From: Octopus sinensis
Lineage: Eukaryota
Assembly: GCF_006345805.1 (NCBI RefSeq)
Contig: NC_042997.1
Location: forward strand, 121,582,001-121,646,000
Direction of reading: 5' to 3'
Length of the DNA stretch: 64,000 nucleotides
The first letter of the stretch is position 1. Each line of letters opens with the position of its first letter. Made by a program: the position numbers and the translations under genes. The notes under the pieces are model-generated. The model was not told where the DNA came from, ran no database searches, and saw nothing but the letters and a program-made list of their open reading frames with translations. Below are positions 50,600 to 63,720 of this stretch, one piece after another.

Positions 50600-50780
50600 A
50601 AGGTATTGGTTTCAAATTTTGGAACAAGGCCTGTCGATTACATCGACCCCAGTTTTCAACTGTTACTCCGAAACAATGAAATGCAAAGTCAACCTCGGCG
50701 GAATTTGAAATCAGAACGTAAAGGCGGACGAAACGCCGCTAGGCATTTTACCCGGCATGCTAACGATTCTGCCAGCTCTT
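50600..50780 (-). mobile_element. Nin SINE, B1 type
   Basis: Head gagctggcagaatcgttagc; tail ccaaaatttgaaaccaata. Confidence 0.75.
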
Positions 50781-52454
50781 CTTCCCTTAAAATATACAAG
50801 CACTATTGATTATATTTTTTGTGACAAGACGACGGTCTGGAAAGGAAGAGGTAATATCAGCTAAATAAACCCGGTATTACTGATATTTATATTTACTACC
50901 TTCAGTGATAAATGTCAATGTTAACCACAGCAGGATTTGAAATTAGAAATTAGAAAGTCGGAACTAAATCCGGAAATAGATTTACCTCCTACTATCGAAT
51001 GATTCTGAGAGCTCGCAGTTGTATAGACTCCGAATATATTAATTGGAATTCAGTGTTTGATTTAATAGAAAATAGTATTATTTTTGGTGATAATAGTATT
51101 AAGATGATATATATATATTTTAATGTCCTCTATTAGTTTTTTTCCCTTTCTACTAGCTTGGTAGAAGAAAGCTGCATTGTTAAAATAGATGGCTAGGCAA
51201 TCATTGATAAATAATGTATCTATACACAGTATTATGATGAATGAAGGTTATATAGAAAAAGAAATGGGAGAAGTTCGTTGAAAAGTATGGTTAAACTGAA
51301 CGAAGATGTTTAAATGGTTGAAGAGTAGGAAACGTGAGAGAACGAGATGAACAAGAAAAATGAGGGTGATTTAGAAACATATTTAGCTAAGAGGGAAGAA
51401 AAATGAGATGCGATAACAAGCGTGGAATCGAATGAACAAGAACCGAAAGATGGTTAGTTTGAAACGGTAGAAAGAGAGTAGTGTGATAGTGGGGAGATGG
51501 TTGAGAGAGAGAAGGAGAGAGAGATAGAGAGAAGGAGAGAGAGATAGAGAGAAGGAGAGAGAGATAGAGAGAGCGAGAGAGAATTATAAGAGTGAAAACA
51601 GTCAGAAATAGAGTAAAGTTAAATGTAAAAGCATGAAGAGGAGAAATAATGACTCGAAGAAATGATTTAACGATACGGAGATGTTAGAAGTGAGGAAGGA
51701 AATAGCACAAAATAAGTAAGAGATGAATGTTCAGAGATTGAAAGATAATGAGAGAAAAATAAAGAGAAGGTAGAGAGAGGGAGAGAGAGAGAAAGAGAGA
51801 AGGATGGTGATGGAGACAGAGAATGGAATATTGAAGAATAGTAGAATAGCTGAGGAGAGTCATAGTAAACACTGTTATTATGTTCTGTTTTATTCTCTGA
51901 ATTCAGACCTAATGGTTGCAGAATGATGTGAATAATATGAAAACCATTTCAACAGCATTACGGATATATAATGACAGCATTAAATGAAATAAAATGAAAT
52001 AAAACGGAAAAGAAAAGATTCAAAAAATGGCAAAGAAACAAAACAAATGAAACAAAATCTCGTTGAATGAAACACAATACATTAATGATGCTACAATCCA
52101 TACATCACATTTTGATATATGTCCAACTACGCACCGTATATGTTTAGTAATAATGCTGCATGGATAATATTGCTCGATCAGAAGATTTGTGAATTATATG
52201 TTATGTTACATGTTATTTAGCGCTGACACACTTGTGAGTGAAAATGGTTCAATGACAACCCAGTAACAGCAAATGAGTAAAGTCTATATATGAGTATTTT
52301 AGTGTGTATGTAGAAATAAAGAGAGTATGTGGAATTCAAGTATGAAGAAATAATTGTAGTCGCAGATCTGTTCTAAATGGAGGTTCAGTTAAAATAAAGA
52401 GGTTGACAATGATATGAGGTATCTCTTTGGCACAATTGTTTAATAATAATGTAA

Positions 52455-52764
52455 AAGGCGCAGTTGAAATAGGGCAGCTGCGGGATTGAAATAATGAGAG
52501 CGGTTATCGTATATGGCGATACAGTTAACTGGGAAAACCGAAGAGGAGAGTATGAGAATGGCTATTCTTTTATTCTTTTATTCTTTTTACTTGCCTCAGT
52601 CATTTGACTGTGGTTATGCTGGAGCACCACCTTTTAGTCGAGCAAATCGACCCCAGGACCTATTCTTTGTAAGCCTAGTACTTATCCTATCCGTCTCGCT
52701 TGCCGAACCGCTAAGTTACGAGGAAGTAAACACACCACCATCAATTGGGGGGAGAGGGGCAAAT

Positions 52765-52797
<33 letters not shown>

Positions 52798-52929
52798 CAT
52801 ATATACGACGGGCCGCTTTCAGTTTCCGTCTACCAAATCCACTCACAAGGTTTTGGTCGGGCCGAGGCTATAGTAGAAGACATCTGCCCAAGGTGCCACG
52901 CAGACATACATACATACATATATACATGC
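52455..52929 (+). repeat. ~470-bp local duplication, copy 1 (unique flank + truncated SINE A)
   Basis: Matches 56346-56818, including identical SINE breakpoints. Confidence 0.85.
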
Positions 52930-53121
52930 TCATTAGTAATTATTCCTTTCTACTTTGGGCAGAAGGTCTGAGATTTGGTGGAGAAAAGAAGACGCTGACG
53001 TCAATTACATCGACCCCAGTGTTTCAACGACTCCCCGAAAGGATGAAAGGCCAAGTTGACGGCAGCGGAATTTGAACTCAGAACATAAAGATAGACGAAA
53101 TGTATTTGGTTATCACATACA

Positions 53122-53993
53122 TATTGCGGGGTCTTTTTTTATACTTCTTTTATTTTTCAAAATTAAGGTAAACATAATTATTTTTTAATCTAAAATATAC
53201 CCTCCTTAATTTTCTACAATGCACTACCATCTCTCTGGTAGACTTGCAAAACACCTCTTCCAAAATTCACTTGTCCGTGACGAAAAATACACCGTCAGTA
53301 TTGTCCTGGCCTCGTCCAAAGAATTCATATTTTTTTCTGTCAAAAAGATTTTGAAGACTGCAGAATAAATAATAATCAGATGGAGTAATGTCCGGCGAAT
53401 ATGTTGGGTGGGTGATCGTTTCCCATTCAAACTGCCCTAGCATGCCATCCTCGCTGTATGTGGCCGAGCATTATCCTGATGGAAAAACATCTTTCGTCTT
53501 GAAACCAAAGATGGTCGTTTTTCTTCAAGAGCTGACTTGAATGATTGGTTGAATGACCAAATCCAAGCTTTTTCCGCAACAGTTACGATGAGATTTTGTT
53601 CCATCAGAGTTTGCAGGATCCCCTTATCGAGCTCTACAAATCTTCCAGGACGAGGATCATCATCTAGGCTGAAGTTTCCGGCTCGGAATTTCTGAAGCCA
53701 CCAATAACACTGGCTTACGCTTATTGTCCAATCCCCATATATTGCATTAATATTCCTCGCACTTTCCGTTGCGTTGTTGCCTTTATTGAACTCATCAAGC
53801 AAAATATGTCGAAAATGTTCCTTTGTCACTTCCATTATAGCTTTGAAAAATAACTGTTAAAATCGAATTGCACTCTTCAAAACTTGCACTAAGAATAAGT
53901 ACAAGGAAACATTACTACCTGTTTATTCCATCCCCCTCCAACTTTTAGTTCATGCAATTGAAAAAACCGCATTATTTATGGGATGGCTCAATA
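53122..53993 (-). mobile_element. Mariner transposon remnant, internally deleted
   Basis: MEVTKEHFRHILL..KFRAGNFSLDDDPRPGR..HQDNARPHTAR; TIR aaaaaaccgcattatttatgggatggctcaata. Confidence 0.85.
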
Positions 53994-54522
53994 TTTGTCT
54001 GACGTACTAACGATTTAGCCAATTTCAATCCCTTATAAATATTGCAAAACATTACAGATATTTATTGTGCTGGTCCATATTCCGCTTTTATAATCTGTAA
54101 ATGATGAGGGGAATGTTCGCTGTTGAAAAAATATATCTTGGTTTTCGGACAATTACTGAGACGAGGAAAATATGTTTCCATTCTTCGTGACAGGATAGTC
54201 AATGATGTCGATACAAAGGAATTCCTTTGGAATCGAAATCGAGGAAATTGTCAATGACAATTTAAATCCAAAACATGCAAATATTTTTTTAATGAAACGG
54301 TCCACCTTAGCTTTTTAATTGTTTCAGTCATTAGATTGTGATCATGCTGGGGCACCGTCGTGAAGAACTTTATTTGAATGAATTGACACAGTACTTATTT
54401 TTCCAGAGCCTGGTCTTCACTCTATTGGTCACTTTTGCCGAATCGCTAAGTTACGGGTAATTAAATACGCCAACAGCGGTTGTCAGGCGGTGGTGGACAA
54501 CACAGACACACACGCACGCACA

Positions 54523-54620
<98 letters not shown>

Positions 54621-54805
54621 GGAAGAATTCACAAAAAAAGGACGAAGACAGGCGGTATAGACAACAAACAGATGTATTAGTATAACGCTCGGGAAGTGAA
54701 AAAGTCTTTAGCGTTTCGAACCTACGCTCTTCCACAGAAAGGAACACAGAAAGAAACGAGGAGAGTAACTAAAGAATGTGTAGTGGCTAGCGATCTATCA
54801 TGGCG
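54621..54805 (-). mobile_element. Repeat family F abutting (TA)n, with a hammerhead-like motif
   Basis: Minus strand cttt CTGTGGA a gagc-gtag-gttc GAAA cg ct aaag at 54706-54741. Confidence 0.45.
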
Positions 54806-55022
54806 AAGTCCGGGCAGAAGGGTCACACAGGAGAGCTAAGAAGAAGGGTAGATAATAAAGTGGAGGTGATCCCAAAATGAAGGTGCACGTGCGTGTGTAT
54901 AAGAGAGTTTGTATGCGCGTGTGGAAGAGGGCTGATGATCTTGATGTGTGCGTGGTGGTGTGTTGTGATGTGATATGTTGTGTGGTATGGTGGTGTGATC
55001 GTGTTGGGTGGTGGAGATGTGG

Positions 55023-55064
<42 letters not shown>

Positions 55065-55104
55065 CATATATACATACATACACATACACACAAATACATA
55101 CATA

Positions 55105-55190
<86 letters not shown>

Positions 55191-56223
55191 AGGCTTCATT
55201 CCATTTCCGTCTGCTAAATCGACGGCCTTGCTCAGGGTAGGATTGAACCAGGAGCTATGTGGTTAGAAAGGAAACTTCTTACCACAACCACACCTGTACC
55301 TACACACACACACACTTACGCACACATATATTCACACACACACACATACACACGCACACACATATAAATATATGTATGTGTGTGTACATACAACAGTGTG
55401 ATTGTCCCGAAAAGGAGAGCGCAATCTATCAAAACCAAAGACCCGTGGAATAAATTGTTACAAATTTTGCTGTAGTTAGTTTTTAGTTTGAAATGCCACA
55501 AGGAACGCCGCTGCTGTTCGGGTTCATGAAATAAATGTAACACTTAGAAGGACCGATTTATTTCCCAATCAATATCAAATCGAGCATCCTTCTAATAAAA
55601 TAGATTAATTTATTAATTTCTTGTATAGAATTAAATGGGTTGAAACGAACTAATTAACTTTCTGGATTTAGTTTCGTCTCTCTACATAACAAGAACAATT
55701 CCCTGGACGACATCTTAGTTATTTCTCCGTTAATGTTTATCCAATCGTGTGTCTCCTCTGTCTAATAGAGGGGCTTATTATTGGCAGAGAGAAATCCTAT
55801 TATTAGTGAACGGATAAAGAAAATTTATTGGCGAACACAATCCCCAACACAATTTCAATTGGCAGCTTTATCAATTTCAAGTACGCAATGAGCTTCAGAA
55901 TAGCGCAATGAAAGGGTACCTTGTATCTCCAAAAAAGAATAATTATTAATACTGAAGGCCAGCAAATTTGGTTGCAGTGTATATGACAGGTACTTATTTC
56001 ATCGACCACAAAATGATGAAAGCCAAAGTCCACCTTGGCAGCATTTTAATTGAGAACGTAAAGTCGGACGAAGTACGGTTAAGAATTTTGTTCGGCGCGC
56101 TAAAGAGTAAACTCAAAACATGACGTTTCTGTTAAAATAGTTTCACGTCTGGTAGAGCTTCTAGTAAAGATATGAGTGAGTATCAAGTTTGATACTTACC
56201 TTTTTTACCGGTTCTAAAGAAGC

Positions 56224-56254
<31 letters not shown>

Positions 56255-56345
56255 CATACATACATACACATACATACATACATACATACATACATACATA
56301 CGTAAGTACGTACATAAACAAATACATACAGGCATACATGCATAC

Positions 56346-56818
56346 AAGGCACAGTTGAAATAGGGCAGCTGCGGGATTGAAATAATCAGAGCGGTTATAG
56401 TAAATGGCGATACAGTTAACTGGGAAAACCGAAGAGGAGAGTCTAAGAATGGCTATTCTTTTTACTTGCTTCAGTCATATGACTGTGGTCAAGCTGGAGC
56501 ACCACTTTTTAGTCGAGCAAATGGACCCCAGGACCTATCCATTGTAAGCCTAGTACTTATTCTATCCGTCTCATTGGCCGAACCGCTAAGTTACGGAGAC
56601 GTAAACACACCACCATCGGTTGGGGGAGATGGGCAAACTAACACACACACACACACACACACGCACACATATATATATATTATATACATATATACGACGG
56701 GCCTCTTTCAGTTTCCGTCTACCAAATCCACTCACAAGCCTTTGGTCGGGCCGAGGCTATAGTAGAAGACATCTGCCCAAGGTGCCACGCAGACATACAT
56801 ACATACATATATACATGC
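56346..56818 (+). repeat. ~470-bp local duplication, copy 2, flanked by (CATA)n
   Basis: Matches 52455-52929. Confidence 0.85.
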
Positions 56819-56924
56819 GTTCGTAGATACATACATACATACATACGTACAATAACCTCTACGTTTTTCAACCACAGCAACACATAAAACACCACCATCT
56901 TCTTAATCTTCTTGATTACAACCC

Positions 56925-57057
56925 CATCATCATCATCATTATCTTGATCATGATGATAGTGTTCGTGATCATCATTATCCACATCATCGTCATCATCGCT
57001 GTCATCCTCCTGATTATCACGATCATGATTATCATAATCACAACCACCACCACCACT

Positions 57058-57090
<33 letters not shown>

Positions 57091-57108
57091 GTCATCGTCG
57101 TCGTCATC

Positions 57109-57140
<32 letters not shown>

Positions 57141-57215
57141 CGTCATCGTCGTCATCGTCATCATCATCATCATCGTCATCATCATCATCGTCGTCGTCCT
57201 CATCATCGTCATCTA

Positions 57216-57257
<42 letters not shown>

Positions 57258-57310
57258 GTCATCATCATCGTCATCATCATCATCATCTTCATCGTCGTCA
57301 TCATCATTCT
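56925..57310. repeat. (CAT)n/(CGT)n microsatellite
   Basis: Read directly from the sequence. Confidence 0.9.
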
Positions 57311-57711
57311 CGCCATTGTTATTATCAGCACACGGTACACTCTCCCCCACCTCATCTATCACCTATCACCCTACCATTATCTTTCAGCCATTTTCTATAT
57401 ATATAATGTAGTCCCAGACGTAGCTTTGGAAGAAACGGCATGTATTCATAGACACACACACACACACACACACACTCATTCTGTTTCTCTCCCCTTCTCT
57501 CACTTTCCTCTCTCTCTCTCTCTCTCTCTTACACATTAATCACCAGTGCTTGCTCCAGTGTGTTATTTTGATTAGTCACACATGAAAGAACAGCGTGAAG
57601 GTTGTCTCTAAGCTGATGATTGAAGTGCTAAGTATAGCAGCTAAGTGAACATAAAATCGAAAATATAGCATCTTTGCAAAAAGTGATTACATTTCATAAT
57701 CTTTCACCGCT

Positions 57712-58090
57712 TATCTTTTACTTATTTCCGCCATTAGACTACGGCCATGCTGGAACACCGCCTCGAATGAATCAACCTTAGTACCTACTATTTTTTTAAG
57801 CTTAGCACTTATTCCATTTACTCCAGTGGTCAGGCCACTTGATTAAGTGAACATAAACATACCATCACCGGTTGTCAAGCAGCGGTAGGAGATATAGAGA
57901 CACAAAGGTATACAAGCATAAACGGATGTATACGACGGGCTTCTTTTCAATTTCCGTCTACCAAATTCACTCTCAGGGTTTTGGTCGGCCGAGGTTCTAC
58001 TAGAAGCCACTCACCTAAGGTGTCATATAGCACCACTGATCCCAGGACCGTGTGTTCAGGAACAAGCGTCTACTCACACGGCTACACCTG
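57712..58090 (-). mobile_element. SINE A, diverged
   Basis: Tail, core and head are recognisable in order. Confidence 0.65.
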
Positions 58091-58183
58091 TGCTTATGGG
58101 TCTGAATAAAATATGATCGACCTAGAAAGGATGTCAGTGAAAATATTTACCATTCAAGAACGGTAGATGTGCAGATTCGTTAA

Positions 58184-58510
58184 GGCGCAGGAGTGGCTGT
58201 GTGGTAAGTAGCTTGCTTACCAACCACATGGTTCCGGGTTCAGTCCCACTGTGTGGCACCATAGGCAAGGGTCTTCTACTATAGCCTCGGGCCGACCAGA
58301 GCCTTGTGAGTGGTTTTAGTAGACGGAAACTGAAAGAAGCCCGTCGTATATTTGTATATATATAAATGTGTGTGTTTTTGTGTCTGTGTTTGTCCCCACA
58401 ACATCGCTTGACAACCGATGCTAGTGTGTTTACATCCCCGTAACTTAGCGGTTCGGCAAAAGAAACCGATAGAATAAGTACTAGGCTTACAAAAAATAAG
58501 TCCTGGGGTC
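58184..58510 (+). mobile_element. SINE A, 3'-truncated
   Basis: Near-consensus head and core. Confidence 0.85.
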
Positions 58511-58619
58511 GTGGTTTCGATCCCCAGAACGGGCGATGCGGTGTGTTCCTGACCCAAACACTCCATTTCAAATAGCTCCAGGCCAATTAGCTGTAAATTA
58601 GTAAGTCTCCATTCAGGAG

Positions 58620-58925
58620 GGACGTTGTGATTTCAGTCATAAATCTCGTGATATATGACCGTGATCAACCAGACGATCGGATGTTGTTACACATCGCTGG
58701 ACACAATGCCTTTCGCATCGTTTTAGCTTCGGAATGATGCCACTCCGCTGGCTAGGCGAGCAGGTCAACATTTACCCGTGCCCCGATTGGAAGATTAGTC
58801 CGTCGTAGGGTCACCTACCCTTTTATACTTGAGTGGACTGGAGCCACGTGAAATGAAGAGTTTTGCTCAAGAGCACAACGCGACACTTGGTTTGGAATCG
58901 AACCCACGAACTAACAACTAAGCCA
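58620..58925 (-). mobile_element. CORE-like SINE remnant (C-related)
   Basis: gagtggactggagccacgtgaaatgaagagttttgctcaagagcacaacgcg...ggaatcgaaccc. Confidence 0.55.
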
Positions 58926-59294
58926 CCTGTTCAGGGCGGATATTGCGATTTTAGTCATATATACGTCACGGAAATCGGGTATCCGGGGCTATGTTTCATA
59001 CGATTCGATACAGTAATGTGCAAGGGGCTTACTTTTAGTCAGGCAGATCTCTGGTTCAAGGACTCCTTCGTCTCTTCTTCTCCCAGGATCTGAGTCACTG
59101 TTAAGAGTCGAGTTATTGCTTCCTCTCCTGACTATAAGACAAATAAATTCAGTTATTTCAGGTTTTACAGCTCATATTATACATGTGAAACTCTGCAGAA
59201 TGTGTATTTAGCATGCAAAACTTTCCCGCTGGATGTTTTCCCGTAGTCATTTGTTGATAGTCGTATTCAGCGTAATTATGTTCCTTATGGTAAT

Positions 59295-59415
59295 GATTAT
59301 TTGCCAACATAATATGGCAGTCTGGGTTGGGACGAATGTTACTGTTGTCTAGTTCTAGGAAACAACAGTAACATTCGTCCCAACCCGGACTGCCACATTA
59401 TATTGGCAAATAATC
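59295..59415. repeat. 121-bp near-perfect palindrome (mini-MITE/hairpin)
   Basis: 54-bp arms with 3 mismatches and a ~12-nt loop. Confidence 0.85.
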
Positions 59416-60129
59416 TTTACTCTAAAGTACTGCTACTGAATGTCTCTCGTTGAAAGATTTAGGAACAATAATGTTTCTATTTACATTCCTTATATATTCT
59501 ATATACAGCGATGGCTTTTGTGTCTAGCTAACTAAATAGCATATGGATCTCTGAAGAGATGTAAGGCGATCGAAACTTGCTCGTTAGCTACGCTAGTCAA
59601 TTTGAAAGACAAGAACTGCTTCAATCTGCATCGATTTTATTGTCAAAATATTTCAATTTATTGATAATATCGGTATTATTTTGATATTGGTTTTATGTTC
59701 CTTGGTTGTTGATATTTTAAAATATCAAACACCTCCAGAAGAAATTTTTAATTTGCTAATTGCATGGATAGCCTCAGTTATTCGGAGCTTTACAATTCAT
59801 TATGTTATATATGTGAAATCTAACAGTATGAGTCACAGCATGAATATATTTGATTTATACGAGATCGAACATCAAAACTGTGGGAAATCGTCTCCTTCAA
59901 AATCTGATATATGAACCAAAATTGAATAAGGGTAAAAGATTTCTAATAATAATGATAATTTTTGCATACAACATACACATATAAAATTGCACATATATAT
60001 ATATATATATGTATATAAATGTATTTAAGAAATAAACAGAGAAAGGCTTACACTTTGCAGCACACACGCTTTATCAACGATTTAATTCCGTTGACTTCGT
60101 CCCAAATGCTATCTTTCATGTTTAGCCTG

Positions 60130-60510
60130 TCACAGTCACTGGATAGCCGCCATTTTAGGCAGCACCTTGAAGCGTTCAGTTGAAGAGATCGACTCCTGTA
60201 TTCATTTTTAAAACTATAGTATTTATTCTATCGGTCTATTTTACCGAATCACTAATTTACGGGGTCGTATACAAACCACACCGATTGTCAAGCGATGTTG
60301 AAGACAAACACGCTCACACACACACACACATACACACGCAGACATACACGCAGGCGCACACACATACGTATACGATAGGTTTGTTTCAGTTTCCGCAGAT
60401 CACATCCACTCACAAGGCTTTGGTCGGCTTGAGGCTAAATTAGAAGACACATGCCTAAAGTGCCACGCAATGGGATTGAACGCTAGGACACATGGTTGGG
60501 AAGAATGCTT
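60130..60510 (-). mobile_element. SINE A, diverged
   Basis: Core and tail are recognisable; the head is interrupted by B2. Confidence 0.65.
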
Positions 60511-60526
60511 CGTATCTACACTATTT

Positions 60527-60761
60527 TTATTTCTTTATTACCCACAAGGGGCTAAACACAGAGAGGACAAACAAGGACAGACAAACGGATTACGTCGATT
60601 ATATTGACCCCAGTGCGTAACTGGTACTTATTTAATCGACCCCGAAAGGATGAAAAGCAAAGTCGACCTCAGCTGAATTTGAATTCAGAACGTAGCGGCA
60701 GAGGAAATTCTGTTAAGCATTTCGCCCGGCCCGCTAACGTTTCTGCCAACTCGCCGCCTTT
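60527..60761 (-). mobile_element. Monomeric full-length Nin SINE B2
   Basis: 12-bp TSD tctacactattt at 60515-60526 and 60762-60773. Confidence 0.88.
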
Positions 60762-61087
60762 TCTACACTATTTCCTTATCTCGTTGTTCATGTGATAGCA
60801 GAGAACAAAAGTATAAAAAGAGAAGAGAATTAATAAATATTTCACGAGGATTTTTATGATTTTGCTTTTAAAACTTGAGACTTTTGAATCAGTACTTCTG
60901 TTTTTCTCCTTGTCTGTCTAGTTTTGTTTCTCGTTTTTCGTGTAAAGTGTTATCTTCTAACTTCTTGGCGCAAAGTGTTATCCACTCTAAAGTAACTTCT
61001 TTGCATCTTGTTCGCTGATCTTAAACTTATTCAGTGACAGTTCATTATAGAATTGTAAACATGTGCTTCTCGTTCTTTCTTGATAGT

Positions 61088-61505
61088 ACTCTTTTACTCT
61101 TTTACTCTTCTACTTGTTTCAGTCATTTGACTGAGTCCATTCTGGAGCACCGCCTTTAGCCGAGCAAATCGACCCCAGGACTTATTCTTTGTAAGCCTAG
61201 TACTTATTCTATCAGTCTCTTTTGCCGAACCGCTAACTTACGGGGACGTAAACACACCAGCATCGGTTGTGAAGCGATGTTCGGGGCACCAACACACAAA
61301 CACAAACACATACACACATACATATATACATATGCATATATACGACGGGCTTCTTTCAGTTTCCGTCTATCAAATCCACTCACGAAGCTTTGGTCGGCCC
61401 GAGGCTATAGTAGAAGACACTTGGCCAAGACGCCACGCAGTGGGACTGAACCCGGAACCATTTGGTTCGTAAGCAAGCTACTTACCACACAGCTACTCCA
61501 ACGTC
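61088..61505 (-). mobile_element. SINE A, full length
   Basis: Near consensus. Confidence 0.88.
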
Positions 61506-62035
61506 TATGAGTGGCTGTATTTAACATCCAAGTATTTAACATATACTTGAATTTTGTATTTGTTTTGCATGATTCTTGATGTGAATTCGTGTGTTGAAAG
61601 AGATTTGTTGTGTCTTGAGCGGCTCATTACCCTGCCAAATGATTGTTTAATCAACACATTAAACAAATGATCGATTAAATAGTTGGTTAGATATTTAACT
61701 GATTAACTAACATGAAACCAGTGTGCGTGTGTTATTTTTATTGGTGTAGTGTTCCTTCCAAGACACAATAAGATGTATCGTCTTCATTTCCACTAAATTT
61801 GAATGAGCTTCGATAGATTTTTATCGGAGTAAAATTCAAGTGTCGCAATCACATAGTACATGTAAAATAACCGGCCAGCGTAAAATCCTCAACGCGATCC
61901 CTCGAAATGTTATGAACAGCGACATCACCCTTATTTTCCTGATGACATAATAAACAAGAAAAGAAAAATGGAAACAAAAGAAAATAAAATTAACCAGATA
62001 TATTGAATTATATGGTCCAAAATACTCTAACTCTA

Positions 62036-62450
62036 GGCGCAGGAGTGGGTGTGTGGTAAGTAGCTTGCTTACCAACCACATGGTTCCGGGTTCGTTCACA
62101 CTGCGTGATACCTTGGGCAAGTATCTTCTACTATAGCCTCGGGTCGACTAAAGCCTTACAAGTAGATTTCGTAGACGGAAACTAAAAGAAGCCCGACGTA
62201 TATATGTATATATATATATGTATGTGTCTGTATATGTTTGTGTGTCTGTGTTTGTCCCCCAACATCACTTCACAACCAATGTTGGTGTGTTTACGTCCCC
62301 GTAACGTAGCGGTTCGGCGAAAGAGCCCGATAGAATAAGTACTAGGCTTACAAAGAATAAGTCCTGGTGTTGATTTGCTCGACTAAAGGCTGTACTCCAG
62401 CATGGCCGCTGTCAAATGATTGAAACAAGTAAAAGAATAAAGAATAAAGA
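62036..62450 (+). mobile_element. SINE A, full length
   Basis: Near consensus. Confidence 0.88.
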
Positions 62451-62739
62451 GAGTATCTACAGAAAAAAAGTACTAAATCGGTTTGATCAGGATGACCTAG
62501 GCTATAAAAAAACTACAGATCGACACGCATTGATTTCTGAGTTCATCACCCACAGCTGTCTGCCAGACTCGATAAAATAATACTCGTCAGTTTAACAAAA
62601 ATATACAGGCTAAGTACTGCGGTACTATACCACAGACCTCAAATGCTTAGCCGTGTTCATCTATTGATAACTATACATATGGAGCAGTCATGGTGAGGCT
62701 GTAATCTGACGGAATCGTTTACGCACAAGGTTAAAAAAT

Positions 62740-62920
62740 AAAATGCTTAGCAGTACTTCGCCCGTCTTTACGTACTGAGTTCAAATTCCGCTAGTGTTGA
62801 CTTTACCTTTTATCATTTTAGGGTCGATAAAATTCGTACCAGTTGGTTACAGGAGTCAACGTAACCCTTACTCCTTTTCCCCGAAATTGCTGGTCTGGTA
62901 CCAAAATTTGAAACCAATAT
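62740..62920 (+). mobile_element. Nin SINE B1, diverged
   Basis: gagttcaaattcc...gtcgataaaa...ccaaaatttgaaaccaata. Confidence 0.7.
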
Positions 62921-63164
62921 GAGTAACTCAGTGGAGTAGGAATAACGTCAAACTCATGATTAAATGTTTCTCATCATATTTCTTTCAGTCTGGAATGCAT
63001 AGGAGGAGGTTTAAAAATAATGGTTAATTAGGCGGAAAGCGAAGGTATGTGACACTTTACACTCATTTGAGGCTGATGGGAGTGGGAGGGAGGTATTATC
63101 AAACCAGGGACAAGGCTGGAAGATTGCTATAGAGTGAACTGTATTAGAGATAGATAGATAAAGG

Positions 63165-63720
63165 AATACAAAAAATGGGACAAGAACGCAAAACATCCAG
63201 ACAGATGATACAAAAAAAGGACAAAAAAAAACAAGGATGGGTCATTCGGAGTTTTATTTCCTCAATCGAGTTCCAGATTATCTTTGCAATTTCGGCTGGT
63301 TATACTCGAGATTGCTGCAATCTGGCCAGCCCCAAGAAAAAACTAAGCTAAGTGCACTAGATTCCTTGGAAGAAAGCAGCGAATGTATACGAAAGCATGG
63401 ACGAAAAAAACGGGAAAATGGTACACAAATACAAATGCAAATAACAAGGCATTAACAACAGGTGTCTTTCGACTAAGGACGAATTAAATTAAGCTGGTGA
63501 GTGTGGAAGTGAAGACTTACGGCAGGTACATAAGAGATGACAGGTATGGGGAGGAATATAGATGTTGCACGGATGGTAGTCGAACCAAGAAAGAAAGGTC
63601 AGGCTGGGCCGAACACCGTTCACGTGGAGAGAAAGGAGATAGGTAGAGGCAGAGGGATAAAAGAATAGATAGGGGCGAGGGAAAAAAAGAAAAGGTACAA
63701 AGTATATGTATATATATATA
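63165..63720. mobile_element. Repeat family E, copy 2
   Basis: atttcggctgg...ccagccccaagaaaaactaagct, homologous to 28490-28600. Confidence 0.55.

Noticed and set aside
52455-56818. LTR retrotransposon bounded by the 470-bp direct repeats
   Set aside because: No TG..CA ends, PBS, PPT, TSD or gag/pol between them; the interior is mariner, SINE and microsatellite debris.
59681-59914. 77-aa ORF as a membrane-protein exon
   Set aside because: No family motif, and the splice-like sites are not distinguishable from chance.
628-63455. Dozens of ORFs rich in YI/HT/VC, poly-N, poly-H, poly-L or poly-S
   Set aside because: They are translations of (AT)n, (AC)n, (AAT)n, (CAT)n and (CTA)n microsatellites or of SINE bodies, with no protein motifs.
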